A stretch of 64,000 bases of DNA from Octopus sinensis (Eukaryota): positions 94,426,001-94,490,000 of the forward strand of contig NC_043003.1 in NCBI RefSeq assembly GCF_006345805.1. Reading direction: 5' to 3'. The notes beneath the pieces were generated by a model. The model saw only the letters and a program-made list of their open reading frames with translations. It searched no databases and had not been told where the DNA came from. Of the stretch, positions 1 to 14,469 are shown piece by piece. Position 1 is the stretch's first letter; every line of letters starts with the position of its first letter. The translations under genes and the position numbers were made by a program.

Positions 1-158
1 ACTTGTTAGTTTTAGTTTTTATTAGAAAATGAAGCTAACTAGAAATAAAAATGAATGCTGCGGAAATAGAAAACATCGTCCAAATCACTTTTAATATACA
101 TACATACATACATACATACATACTTACATACATGTGTGTGTGCGTGCGTGCGTGTGTG

Positions 159-199
<41 letters not shown>

Positions 200-775
200 A
201 TATATATATGTATATATGTATATATATATGTATATATGTATATATATATATATGTATATATGTATATATATATGTATATATATATATATATATGTGTATA
301 TATATATATATGTATGTATGTATGTATGCATGTATGCATGTATGTATGTATGTACGTATGTAATGAGAAGGATAAAGGAAATCCACGCAGTAATGTTGCA
401 ACTGGCAGCGTATTGTTTAGCAGTCAGTTTGATATTTCCGTCTCTCTTGACAGCTTCGTACGGGTATAGCACCAAATCCACTCAATACGTTTGAAAAGAA
501 AAAGAAAGATCATCAACTCTGAAGCCTAGCATAAATTAATATATGGGTTTTCTTTTAAGGAAGCGCAAAAGCAATTTTTGTAGAGAAAGTTTGTATGTTC
601 GATAGAATCACTTAACATATTATTACTGGTGCATATTTCCTCAAATTCATTTGGATAAAAAAACTAAAAGCTGAGGATCTGAATTTAGAATATACAGGGT
701 GGCAGTAATACTGTAAGACATCTAGCTATATCACTCTTATTCCTGTCAAATCAGAATCTTTTAATACCCTTCTAT

Positions 776-1242
776 CTTTTATTTGTTTCAGCTATTAGAC
801 TGCGGCCATACTAGGGCACCATCTTGAAGGATTTTTAGTCGAATGAATCGACCCCAGTACTTATCTTATTTTTAAGCCTGGTACTTACTTATTCCATCGG
901 TCTCTTTTGCCGATCCGCTAAGTTACGGAAACGTAAACACACCTACACCGTCAAGTGGAGGTAGAGGACAAACACAGACACAAAGACATACACACAAAAG
1001 ATTCAAACATATCTATGTATATATATATATATATATATACATAAATACACAAATACAAACATACATACATACATACATACATACATACGACGGGATCCTT
1101 CAGTTTCCATCTGTCAAATCCAATCGCAAGGATTTGTACGACCCGAGGCTAGAGTTGAAGAGACTTGCCCAAGGTACCATGTAGTAGGACTGAACGCGGA
1201 ACCATGTAGTTGGGAAGTAAACTTCTTACCACACAGCCACGC
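776..1242 (-). mobile_element. tRNA-derived SINE, family A, near full length with an internal microsatellite
   Basis: The minus strand starts with a tRNA-like head (GTGGCTGTGTGGTAAG...GTTCAGTCC). The body matches copies at 16600-16890 and 29715-30072. Confidence 0.85.
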
Positions 1243-2119
1243 TTATAATTATATGGAATTTAATCCTAAATAATTTTACATTTCGTTATTCTTCAGAATA
1301 ATCTCAAGCAACAAGAAATGTGCCTGTCTCGTCGCATAAATTATTAAGATAGACAAGGAAAACTTTTTGAAAGTAGCTTCCATATTCCGTTCCAAAACGT
1401 TAACCAAATAAACTTGGTAAATTAAAAATTTCTTAAATACTTCTCATAACTATTTTTGTGGCTATTTCACGATTTTTTTCAGAATATTGATTTCTAAATT
1501 TGCCACAAAGCTGTATATTTTTAAGGATATGTCTATAAGATATATATCTTCTTGATGAGCCCTAATAAGGTAAAAGTTTCTGAATCATTTTCTTTACTTT
1601 CTTAATTATTGCAGTTAATGTTACTGCAGTTACTTGTGATGTTGAAAATGCTGAAAATAATAAAACCCATTATTTGAAGCATATTTGAAAAGGGAGAGAA
1701 TAATCACTTAAATTGACCCTACCTATTAGTTGGTACTTATTTCAGAAAGATTGAAACATAAAATCTATCACATCGGCTTCTTATTCAGAAATGAAATGGA
1801 CGTATTTCCTGCAAGACATTTTGTCCAGAGTTCTTACGTTCTACAATCTTCTACCGTCACATTTGAAAGAAAGAAACATTTCCCACATTAATAGCGTATA
1901 ATCAAATACTGAAGCAGATAATTAGAGTAGGCCTCAATACAAGACTGGCATTTTATTTTATTGTCCTCAAAAGAATGAAAGGCAATACTCGAAACGCAAA
2001 GGAGCGAAAAAACACTTAAACCCGTTTTTCTTTTGCTCCACGCATATTGCTAAGATTGATACAAATTTGTAAACTTGATACATCGAGATATAAATTTAAA
2101 TAGATTTAATCAATCTTTT

Positions 2120-2328
2120 ATCTTCTATTTGTTTTTAGTCATTAGACTGTAGCTATGCTGTGGATCCATCTTCAAATATTTTAATCGAATAAATCAACCG
2201 CAGTACTTATTTTTTAAGCCTGGTAATATTCTACCGGCCTCTTTTGCCGAACCGCTAACTTATGAGTCGTAAACACACCAACACCAGTTGCCAAGCTGTG
2301 GTGAGGAACAAAGACACATACAAAGACA

Positions 2329-2340
<12 letters not shown>
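2120..2340 (-). mobile_element. SINE family A, 3' half
   Basis: Matches the 3' half of the family (gtcattagactg...cttttgccgaaccgctaa...gtaaacacacc) and runs into (CA)n. Confidence 0.8.
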
Positions 2341-2390
<50 letters not shown>

Positions 2391-3338
2391 AACACACTAG
2401 CAATGCATCCCGGCGTTGCCCAGGTGTTATGACCTATAAGCACATTGTATTATTTGCTCCTTTCTTATGGGCAGAATCGGCACAGCTGATATATAGTTAA
2501 TGGAACTTATTTTTTTTAATAATGAAAGTCGAGGGTACAATTTGCATGGATTTGCATGAAAGTGCTTTCTGTTCGTAAGAAGGATCACAAACTATGTATT
2601 GTTTCATCGTATAAAAGTGGATTGATATGATTTTGTCCAGAAATCATGTTTTCAAAATTTTAATTTCCCCCTATTCCCACCGCAGTTTCTTAATTAGTAA
2701 CTTTTCAATTTTTTCTTTTTTTTTTGCTATCTTAATAGAAAAATGCAGAGATTACGAATCTGGGAAATATATATTTTTTTAATGGTTTGATTTTTTGTAA
2801 AGAAACACTCAATGCAAAGGTAAACGACATTGTTACTGAAGAAACTTCCCTACTTTCCAAAATGCTAAAAGTGAAATATTGGGAGTGTGTAGCTTTTAGA
2901 AAGTGGTGAGGTGATAGGTAAAATTCTTGAAGATTTGTACTCTCTGTTTTCTCTCCATGGATTACTAAGAGTAAAATTTCGAAAAAAGTAAAAACTGGAT
3001 TTGGTGTAGAGAGGGAGATAATTTTTCCGCTTTAATAATTAAATGTTTACCAAAAGTGACTGAGATTCTCGCTTGAAAGTGGTTTTCAAACTGATAATTT
3101 AGAGTTCATTTTTTGCTTAAATAGGGAGTGATTAATTACAAGCATACACATATACAAACATCAACACCCCCACTTACATACACACAGACTCGCTATTTAA
3201 GCAAAAGATAAACTCTAAATTATTAGTTTGCAAACCGCTTTCAAGCGAGAAACTCAATCAGCGTCACTTTTTGCAAACTTCTAATTATTAAAATGGAAAA
3301 ATTATCAAAATCAGAAAAGCCTCTTCTATTCATATTTT

Positions 3339-3428
<90 letters not shown>

Positions 3429-3439
3429 ATACATATATG

Positions 3440-3512
<73 letters not shown>

Positions 3513-3533
3513 GTATATATATATGTATGTTTG

Positions 3534-3567
<34 letters not shown>

Positions 3568-4094
3568 TATACTTGGTGAGATTATTGATTACTAGTTAAT
3601 TAATTAATTTTACCCTTTGTTATTATTGATAATATAATTTTCTTCCGTATAATAAACTACAGATTTTTTCTGTGGTATTTTTACTTGGCGACACACGTGG
3701 ATGGGCAGGTATATTTTGAATTCGTATATTTTGAATTCGGCGGTACTGGACGTTGAATATGATCTGTCTGATACTGTTAGATGGAGAGGTATATTCAATT
3801 CTTCCACTGCTTTCGAATCTAATATTGAGAAGTCCCATGCTGAAGAGGAAAATGTTTGGGTAAAGTATGAATCCTACATTCTTTATATCGATCTAATTCC
3901 GAAACGCGTCCATGGGTAATCAAATACCGATTGATTTTCGTTATTTTTCCGCTCTGTCTACGTGGGTTGTTTTCGAGTACTTTGTTTTTGTCCGGGAGTC
4001 TCATCTTAAAGTAGAGGAAATAGCTAAGGTTCTTTGGCTGCTATTTCTAAACTTCTAAACTATGTGGTAAAGCAAATCTTTGCTGAATCCTAAT

Positions 4095-4167
<73 letters not shown>

Positions 4168-4168
4168 G

Positions 4169-4200
<32 letters not shown>

Positions 4201-4257
4201 TGTATGTATATATATATATCATGAAGTATATTTGCCACCTAAATGTGGCTGATGAGC

Positions 4258-4413
4258 TCCTTTCAGTTTCTGTTTCGAACCTGGTCCACTCAAGGGTTTG
4301 ATCGGCCCGGGGCTATAGTAAAAGATACTTGCCTAAGGTGCTACGCAGTGACACTGAACTTAAACTCGTGTAGTTGAGAAGGAATCTTCTTACCATACAG
4401 CCACGCCAGCGCC
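4258..4413 (-). mobile_element. SINE family A, 5' half
   Basis: ctttcagtttc...cttgcctaaggtgctacgcagtg...cttaccatacagccacgcc matches the other copies. Confidence 0.8.
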
Positions 4414-5644
4414 TATATTTGTAAAGTAGATGAATTATGTACTACCTGAATATCGTGCTTCATTTTCTTCCTCATGTAGAATCAAATATGAAAAATGCAA
4501 ATAATTGTATCTATCTAATATTGAATATCAAGCAGTACAATATAAGTACAATGAACGATATAGCCGAATGCTGTATGAAACACCTATATCTAGAGCCTTC
4601 CTCGGATATAGCTGACTGCTACTTTCTGCACCTGGCAAGTTTCTCGCCAAAGCATGTGCCTTGCAAAGTTTGTTTTGTGTTTGAAATTCAACTGTTTCCT
4701 CGGTATGGAAGTCTCTCCTCGCCACACAACCGGGGCTGTCCATCGGAAAGATATGGCCGATTAAGTTTGCCACCGATGTCGTCAAAGTTGTTCCCACCAG
4801 AGTGAAATCAGTCGGAACATATGATACAAGTCATACCATCCAATGAACTGAATTGCAGCTTCATATATGGGCACCATAGGGATGTAATACAAAGTTGACC
4901 ATGGCAGGATTTGAACTCAGAGAGCAGATAATCGAAATAAATATGGTAAGGCAGTTTTTATGACACTTTAACGGCACGACCAATTCGTTGTCTTTTATAG
5001 CATATACACTGTATAACTGATGTCCTCAAAACTTTCATCGGCTCAAATCTCGCTAATATATTCCTTTATAAATGAAGGAAGGTATCGATAAAGAGAATTT
5101 GTAAAGATCTGACTTCTAGGAATTGATGACATATTTCTTAACTGTAAATTTACTTAAAATTCTTGTTCCTAACCGAAACAAATACAAACATTAATTTTAT
5201 GGATTACAATACAATAAGCAAGGGGCAATTTTATATACATTTTTCATTGATGTCACTATTGTTAATCACTCTATCGTACGTATTTGATACTTAAAAGTCA
5301 ATAAATAGATCATATTCACAATTCAGTTGGAACAAATTATATATATATAACAGAAAGAAGAATAGAGAATTATACATTTTCAATTAATAATTTATAATCC
5401 GTGAATTAAAAATAAATAATTCTCCAGACTTCATTGTGTGTCATACGATACTCTGAAATCTTGAGAACCAAACTCTGGATCTAGTAATCAATCAAGAGTA
5501 CACTTCTAATTGTATAGACAACATGGATCTCAGCGATTCGCGCTGGTCGATCTAATTAGCCAAGCTCGATTGCTACAATGTGCGCAAAAAACTATTCGAC
5601 TGAATTTTACTTCCTTTGTGGCGTCGACCGCAAGTCACTAAAGC

Positions 5645-5800
5645 TTTTTTATTCTCTCTCTGGTTATTTTTTCGTGTTCCTTTCTGCTGAAGAGCGTAGA
5701 CTCGAAACATAAAAGACTTTTTCGCCTTCCCGAGCGTTAAACTAATAAACATGTTTGTTGTTTATATACCTGTCTTTAACATTTGTTTTTGTAAATTCAA
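5645..5800 (+). mobile_element. Penelope-type terminal repeat fragment with a degenerate hammerhead core
   Basis: CTGAAGAG-CGTAGA-CTCGAAAC at 5687-5708. The same repeat family recurs near 11340-11460 and 18850-19010. Confidence 0.55.
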
Positions 5801-5954
5801 TATACATACATATATAATTTTATAACACCGGCCAGAATAGACATAATTTGCATTACAGCTTTACATATGCCTTTTAAAATCTAAGGTTAACGGAAAGTAT
5901 ACTCCTATATTTTAAAATATAATTGAATTCTAATTAATTACAATATTGGTGGCG

Positions 5955-6130
5955 GGATCATTAGCACTCCTTTCAAAATGCCTATCATCATTTCGTCCGT
6001 CATTACGTTCTGACTTCAAATTCCTCCGACTTAGTCGATAAAATATGTACAAACTGAGCAGTGGGGTCGACTATCCCCTACCCCCAAAATTTTCAGGCCT
6101 TGTACCTATAGTAGAAAGGAGTTTTAACAT
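5955..6130 (+). mobile_element. tRNA-derived SINE, family B (diverged)
   Basis: A-box-like and B-box-like head (cattagcac...gacttcaaattcc) followed by the family tail cccaaaattttcaggccttgtacc. Confidence 0.7.
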
Positions 6131-6144
6131 ATTCTCAGTGCCTG

Positions 6145-6192
<48 letters not shown>

Positions 6193-6873
6193 GCATATAC
6201 ACACACACACACATATATATACACAATATACATATGTATGTATACATTCATATATACACATAAAGATATGACGAGCTTCAGCATGCTTTCGTGTACGAAA
6301 TGCCACTCTATGCTCAACTCGAGGTTATGATACGAAGCCCTTGGCCAAAGGCAACGTATGATGTAACGGGATCGATCGTAAATACATGTAGTTATGAGCA
6401 AAAATATTAGCAACATAGCCATGGTAGCATTTGCACTCCAAATTACATTTCCAGCATTATAAATAATTTAAATTATATAGAAGTATAATCTTTATTACAC
6501 TGCGTCACTTTCGGCCTGTAATCGCATGAACAGAAACGTATTCTGCATAATAGTTTATCATGTCACGAAAATATATGTAAAATAGGAAGAGCAGGCTAAA
6601 ATCTCTTGGACGGAAAATGAAATCTATGTATTCTATCAGAAACATTGCGTTCACTGCAGGGAGACATCATAAAGGAAAACTAGAATTTTGTGATGCTAAC
6701 ATATAATGGCTTTGCGTATAGAAGATGTGATATTGCTTCAACTAAGAACTTAATAAAACGTGAAAAAATATCTATTTAAAAATCATCGTTGCCAAGAAAC
6801 ACGAAAGGTAGGAAATCATTCTAAGTCATAAATAAAGACTTATGAATAGATATGTTGCTCTCTATCTATCTAT

Positions 6874-6966
<93 letters not shown>

Positions 6967-7191
6967 CATATCCATTTGCAATAGAATTACCGCATGTCAC
7001 ATCTCCCATTGCAGCAGTCACTTGGTTCAGTAATCACACTTGGTCATCTCGGAAATTTTAATGAGAATTTTTAGGATTCTGAGAGAATCACCCTTCCTAA
7101 AACGTGCGAAAATTGTCAGACTCTTTGTGAAGGAATTTAATCTACCTATAAATAATTAATTTGATTATATATTTTTTTATGTTGATATATC

Positions 7192-7392
7192 AGAGGCTGG
7201 CAGAATAGTTATGCAAAATACTTAGCGGCATTTCGTCCGTGTTTATATTCTGAGTTCAAATTCCGTAGAGGTCAAATTTGCTTTTCCTCTTTTCAGGATC
7301 AATAAAATAAGCATCAGTTGTGTACTGGTGTTCATGTAATTGTCTTAGCTTCTCCCCTAAAAATTGCCTGTCTTGTGCCAAAATTTGATACC
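7192..7392 (+). mobile_element. SINE family B
   Basis: ggctggcagaatagtta...ctgagttcaaattcc...tttcctcttttcaggatcaataaaataag matches the family. Confidence 0.8.
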
Positions 7393-7439
7393 AGCATTAC
7401 ATAATGCGGTCTAGGCCAGGCATTGCTGCTTGGATATAT

Positions 7440-8180
7440 ACATCAGTTCTTTTTGAACTGAAAGTTTATTTTACTTTATCTCAACAAAAAGCAATGCAAT
7501 TAATCAAAGTAAGCATCTACATTATCAACACAATTTTCCCATTTTATCGGTAGCTTATTTATGCAGCCAGCGAAGAGCAAAAGGTGATGAAGAGCGGAGA
7601 GCAAGGTGATGAAATTATAAAAGGCTGTTTTTGCACCTTCTTCAGATTTCAAGTTTTTCCTTACAATATGTTGTCTAATCCCTGGAAATCAGTTGATAAT
7701 CAGTTGGTGCAAAATCTGGTGAATATAGTGAATGACAGAGTACTTGCAAGTTCCGTTCCTGTAACTTGAGTAGCGTTCTTTCTGCAACATGGGATCGAGC
7801 ATTGTCTTGCAAGAGAATTGGCCAGTCGCTATTGACCAATCTCGGTTATTTAATTGCAAGTTCACTCATCATTTCATCTATTTGGTTAATGTTTACATCC
7901 GCTGTAATTAACTTGCCAGGTCTCATGAAGCTGTAGTGGATGACACCAGATCTGGACCACCATACAGACACCATTAGCTTTTTTTGTGAATATCCTTTCT
8001 AGAGCTGTATTTTGACATTCCGTCTCTACCCAACCACCATGCACAAAGCTTGCTATTGTTGAAAAGAATCCATTTCTCATCACACTAGAACAGATAATTG
8101 TCAGGATAAAACATTAGAGTTTACAACTGTGAAATTTGGTGCATAAGAAGATCGGACATTTCATTCTTAATGACATTAGA
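7440..8180 (-). mobile_element. Internally deleted mariner, same family as 38752-40015
   Basis: Long colinear similarity to 38770-39400 and 39930-40010. ORF fragments read WVETECQNT...MVVQIW. The TIR remnant atttcattcttaatga lies at ~8160-8175. Confidence 0.85.
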
Positions 8181-8684
8181 TTAAATGTTTGTTTCTTTTA
8201 TTGTCTTCAATAATTTTATTTTTAGATCTTCTATATATATGAATTTTCCTCCATCAGGCTGTTTTTCTCTCTACAAAACAGAAAGTCGCATTGTAGAATA
8301 GTCATTTTAACAAGTTTTTTATTTGTTTATCACCCGGCGAAATACATCTGCGCCACCGTATACTTCTAAACCAGTTTTTGAGTGTCCCACAAGAGGAATC
8401 GATGCTAGATGTGTCGAAACAATTGTTGTGATTAATAATATATTCTCGTATATTCCATCTTCTGTCTGTCATTTGTTATATATATATATATTATATATAT
8501 ATATAATTCATAATTAAGGGCAAACGAAAACATTTCTAATGCCAGATAGAATTTCGGCATATCTGACATTAGAAATTTTTTCGTTTGCCCTTAATTATGA
8601 TTGTTTATTTTTTTATATGCTGGGTATTGATAAAATTTTTTAGAAAAGAATATATTTTTTTCGAAAAAAATGTTATCCTTCATT

Positions 8685-8787
<103 letters not shown>

Positions 8788-8790
8788 TGT

Positions 8791-8821
<31 letters not shown>

Positions 8822-8863
8822 CCTATATATATATGTATGTATATATATGTATATATGCATGTG

Positions 8864-8936
<73 letters not shown>

Positions 8937-10181
8937 TTGAATGTGTGTCTTTTACATAATAATAAAATGTTAGGGCTAGAAAGATGACGCAGGAAGATAC
9001 ATTAAACCGGATAAAACACACAATGTTTGTGTACACACTAACTTCTCATCAGTTATCGGCCAAATACCTTCACAATTACGACGTCGTATAGGTCATATTG
9101 TTTAATCTATCGGCGTCAACAGCAAAATGCTGCTCAGATATAAATGAACGAACATGAAATATAGAATGAGAAAAATACAAAAAAGACGCGTTTCTCTAGA
9201 CCTAACTGCAAAAAGGATTAGTTGTACGGGCAACGCGAAAATATATGAAACTAGAAAGCAAGTACAGTAACGGAAAAGTAAACAATCAGTAAACAATATA
9301 AGTATTTTGTATATACAGAAGGTCTTCCAGCTATACAACAGGATTAAGACATGTGAATCTCTATGTAACGCTAATATGAGAAGGTGTCGAAATTGTGATG
9401 ATTTTTGGTTGATAACTGATGAGGGGTGGACATGACCAAGTATTTTGTATATTTTTCCTGTTTCCGTATGTTCATTCGTTGGATTTTCAGTTATAACATT
9501 TTATTATTTATTAATGTAACGCTACGCATATTTCCCCCTCCACTCCACTGGTCCCTATATAGTAGTTTCCATTTTGTATGACAAGGTCTTTCCACTTATC
9601 TCTTTTTTCTTCTTCATTACCTTCACCCTCTGTTGGTTTTTCCATCTGCCTTTCTCACACAATCATTTCTATCTTCTTTTATTGTTCTTTTATTTCTTGT
9701 CGGTCTATCCGTATATTCATATATATCTACAGGTCCTTATACCTTGGTCTCTCCCTCTCTCTCTTTCTCTCTCTATCTCTCCCTCTCTCCCTCTCCCTCT
9801 CTCTCTCTTTATTTACCCTTCTATTTCTTCCTCTGCCCAGCGTCATAACTATTAACTGTCTATTTCTTTCGTTTTCTCCTTCCACAATCTATCTTGCTTC
9901 GTATTTGTTCTCTAGATTTCAATCTACTTCTTTTCTCGTTTTATCCAGTCTTACACTTTCTTCCCTTTGTACGACGCTTCCCTCTCTTCCACCCAATATC
10001 TCCAGCCTTTATTACCCGCACTTTCTTTCCACTCTTTCTTTCGCTTAAAGATACCACGTGATCATTCTTTTTGGCTTGGCTGTACGCTTGCTCAGTTGGA
10101 TGCTTTTATCTCTTGTCATAGAAATTACGATCGTGATCGGTCTTGCTTTTATACATACATAGGTACGTACGTATTTACACC

Positions 10182-10218
<37 letters not shown>

Positions 10219-10236
10219 CAAATATGCACTCGTATG

Positions 10237-10267
<31 letters not shown>

Positions 10268-10292
10268 TATATATAATATATTATATATATAT

Positions 10293-10328
<36 letters not shown>

Positions 10329-10657
10329 CATAGATATATATACATATATGTGGGTTGGGGATGTAATGTAGTTTGATTACTGTTCGTAACACCTACACTG
10401 CTGGAAGTAAACTGCTATAAAAAAAAACAAACACACGTAGAATAAATTTACAAAACAGATATAAAATATTGCCGAAATTTTATGCTTATTTTGTTTCTCT
10501 TGCTGCAACTTTGAATATATCCTATTTAAACCCTATAACAACATGGTTCTCTAATATTTCTTTGTGGTGATGGCCTGACACTGATTAGAAGCGGTTAGTA
10601 CCATTGCAGAACGTATACTATTTATGTGCATATATATATGTATATATATATATATTA

Positions 10658-10697
<40 letters not shown>

Positions 10698-10708
10698 TAT
10701 ATATAGAT

Positions 10709-10753
<45 letters not shown>

Positions 10754-11529
10754 ATGTATATATATATATATATATAATATATATATATAATCATAGCATA
10801 TATTGAATACTTTATTTAAATAGATATCTTTACTATTCTTATAACTGACAATTCCTAAAGTATCTAGCTCAATGTATGTGTGTGTGTTTGTGTGTGTGTG
10901 TTTGTGTATGTGTGTCTGCATGTATCAATATATGTCTGTATGAACTGAAATATTTTAGGAATTGTCATTTATAAAAATAAGAAATATATCTCTTACAATG
11001 AAGGCCTCCTCACACTAAAACATTTCCTTGATTTACGTCCTGATTTTAACACAGAGTATACATGCACACATTACTTCGTACACACATATGCACTTGTTCG
11101 CAAACACAGGTGTGCAAGCTCCCATGTACATATACACACGCACACAATATCTTCATGTATATACATGTACTTATTCACACACACGGACGCACACACTTAT
11201 ACACACATATACACGTGCACAGGCTTGTGTAGACACACTCATGTTACATCACTGTTGTCTCCCTTGTCACCCATGCTGCAAGTCTTCTTTTTCCTCTTTC
11301 AATCATTTCCGCACGCCTTGGCCGTTTAAGGCAAAGACTTTTTTTCTTTTTTTTTATTATTTCTCTCTCCATACTTCTTTCCCTATTTGTAGCAGAGCGT
11401 AGGCTCGAAATGTAAAAGACGTCTTCCATTCTTCCTGAGCGTAAACCTAATATACCTTGTTCTTCCATCAAGTCTTCGTGTTTTCTTATTTTCGACCACT
11501 TACATTCTTCTATTCTTTCATGTGTTTCA

Positions 11530-12960
11530 GCACTAAGGCTGCAGCCAGGCTGGAGCACCACCAGTGTAATCACCTTTTCAATGGCCATCTTATGTGATTG
11601 GCTTTTGGTGAAGGAGGGAGTTCGAGACTGCTGCCCTCTTTTGCGTTTCCCAACGTCGTATTGGTTCATCTGGAACCTTGAAAAGCAACTACTCCTACTC
11701 CATGAAGACCTCTCGGATGTTTTGGCAAGGCATGATATAGCAAGGCATAATGTATTCATGTCAGATCGCTCCTTAGCGCTACTGGTAACATGTTACCCAG
11801 TACAACCTGTCACATGGTCGGGTCGTCGTTGACTAAACTGGTAACCCTATCAAGCTTGCTTAGTGAGGAGCGTGATTGTTTGACACTCTGCGGGACGAAA
11901 ATTAAGACCTGTGTAGTCAACTGCCAATTACCTTGTTGCAATGAAGTGTCTGCGTGCTCCATTGACCCGGAGAGTTATGCAGCAGGAAGAGAAATCTTCA
12001 GGCAGGTTTCACCAGGCCAGACAGGTTAAAGAGTATGATACAAACAAAACCTTAACCATTAGAGGAGTAACCTCAATGACAGTAAATCGAAGCGTCGACA
12101 GCAGGGCGTGGTTTTGGTTATCGGCAGGACCTAACAGATCAGACTTGTGACTTTGAACTAACAGGATGTCATGCAGAAGGTCTTGAGTACATGACAATGG
12201 ATGAGACCCTAATATTCCTAGTTAGAAAGAAACTGCGGGACCACGTTGAGCAGCGCTTTGTGACTCCTATAGTATGTGCAACCGAAACCCCTATGAATCC
12301 ACTCATTAACGGCACCAGGGTTAGAGCCCCCGACTCAGATATTCCGGATGTTCAAGCGAGTTGCATAAAGACTGATGAAGGAACTTTTCTAAACAAAACT
12401 GGAAGAGAAGTAGCTGATAGCAAGAACAGAGAAAGCAAACTTATGAATTGTAAAATGTAACTGCAAATTGAAACACTCAATGTAAGGACACTTAGGGGAG
12501 AAGAGAAACGTCTGGAGAAGGCTAACAACTTTAACAAATGCAAACTAAACACACTTGAACACAAGATATTGCATGAAGAAGACCCTACTTTCATTGAACG
12601 ACTTGAAGACTGCACACTAATAACAAGTGCATACAGAATTATTAATGGTGCTGCGGCAGAAGAGTACGATTAGCAATCAACGTTTTGGCAGAGAAAGCAT
12701 TGGCCGAAGTAATGCCAGTAAATGACAGAATAGTCACAGCTACATTCAATGGAAATCCATTCGCCACAGTAGTTATTAACCCACAGAGACAAATGTCATC
12801 AAATGTCAAAATACAATGTTACCATAGAATGCGGCGATTTTTAATCCCATTTAGGTGAGGATGCAGTCCGCTTCACATTCTATAATGAGACCAACAGGAA
12901 TGGCCAGCTTCTCCTGGATCATGCGGTGGAATGTAATCTTCGCATCAATAGCACTCTGAT
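11530..12960 (+). mobile_element. RTE-clade LINE, 5' part: probable 5' region plus a decayed APE endonuclease
   Basis: 12460-12950 translates with frameshifts to ETLNVRTLRGEEK...EVMPVNDRIVTATFNGNPFATVVI...GDF..HLGEDAVRFTFYNETNRNGQLLLD. The upstream extent is inferred. Confidence 0.75.
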
Positions 12961-12962
12961 TT

Positions 12963-13014
<52 letters not shown>

Positions 13015-14469
13015 CCTCATATGTTCTTAAAATTTAAATCCACATCTTTGTTTATATATCTACCTTCTCTATAATGTTGCCACTTGATTTGAAAATTTTT
13101 GTATTAATGGAAAACCTCTATAATTGGCTGATGAGTGCTCAGCATTTTAAATCAGTTGTAATACTTACAACATTTAATAAAATGATGTAGTACGAAACGA
13201 TCGTGCCAAATTACCGGAGTCATTCTTGTTGCTTATTCTGATTATATATATATATATATACATATATGCATTTGTATACACACATACATATAAACACACA
13301 CACATAAATATATATACATACGTAACTATGTAATATACACACTGATTACTCATATATGCCATATGATATATAAAGCAATATAGAGAGAGATAAAAGATAT
13401 AGAGATTGCTGTATATATGTAGATGAGTGTGCGTGTGTGTCTGTGTATGTCAGTGTGTATAATATATTTATATATGAATATATAGCATACGTATCTGTTA
13501 ATACATTTATAGGTACATGCTCTAACATACACACATTTTTGTGAGCACATGTATGTGCGTGTGTGTATATGCGTCTAAGCATGCGTATGTGAATGTGTGT
13601 GATGGTGATCATGATGAATATAATGATGATGATTATGGCAGTTGACTAGCTAATGAAAGCTTGTTAATGAGCTGTCGAAGATTGCTTTATTAGCTCTGCC
13701 TATGAATTGTAGCTTTTTTCCACAACTATTGCTATTTCAGCTGAATACGATGCAAAGTCATAACAATTAGTATTTTATACAGACATATAGACGTATGTCT
13801 CTTCATACCACCAATAAAGAAACAACGTTTTTTTACGTGATTGTCGGACATATTTTTCCCTGAGGTTATTATTACCAGTTTGCCTTGGTACAAGAAACCT
13901 TGAGCGTAGGACCAGAAAAAAGAAAATCAGTTACAAGTTTGGTTGGTTCATTGGTATTTATGAAGCTTCCTTTACTTGTATTATGTGTTTAATCACTTTT
14001 TTATGTGTTTAATCGAATATTCTTCAAAATATATTGGAGCATGGAATATATTTTTTCTCTGTGATGTTCTATTGCATCGTTCTCAACTTTTTACATGAAT
14101 TTTGCCTTTGCAGATGAGATATAAGTCATGTTTGTATTGATCTGTAATACAATTGTTAAGGAATTCTTCGGTTTTTTATTTCAAACCATTGTTCTCAGTA
14201 ATGTAGTCACGTAGGAACTTTTTCGTCTCCTCTTCGATTTATAAGGCCTGCTCCTTTCAGCTTCGTAATGTTATTTCCATGCTCACAATATTCGCTAGCT
14301 CTAAGACCCCGATATCACTCAAATAGCGTAATTTCCCTTTGGGAATTTGAAGAGAACTAATATAAGTAACGGTAGAATGAAGTGACCAAAATATCACACA
14401 GAGAAAGGAGGAAAGAAGATAAAAGAATGGATACAAATGTGGAGGTGGTAATGAAACATAGAATACACG

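Noticed and set aside
4246-4270. CTGATGAG as a hammerhead core
   Set aside because: No downstream GAAA or pairable stems; it abuts a SINE A fragment.
4790-4860. Minus-strand YDLYHMFRLISLW resembling an ATM FAT-domain motif
   Set aside because: An in-frame stop follows immediately, there are no splice sites, and the similarity does not continue.
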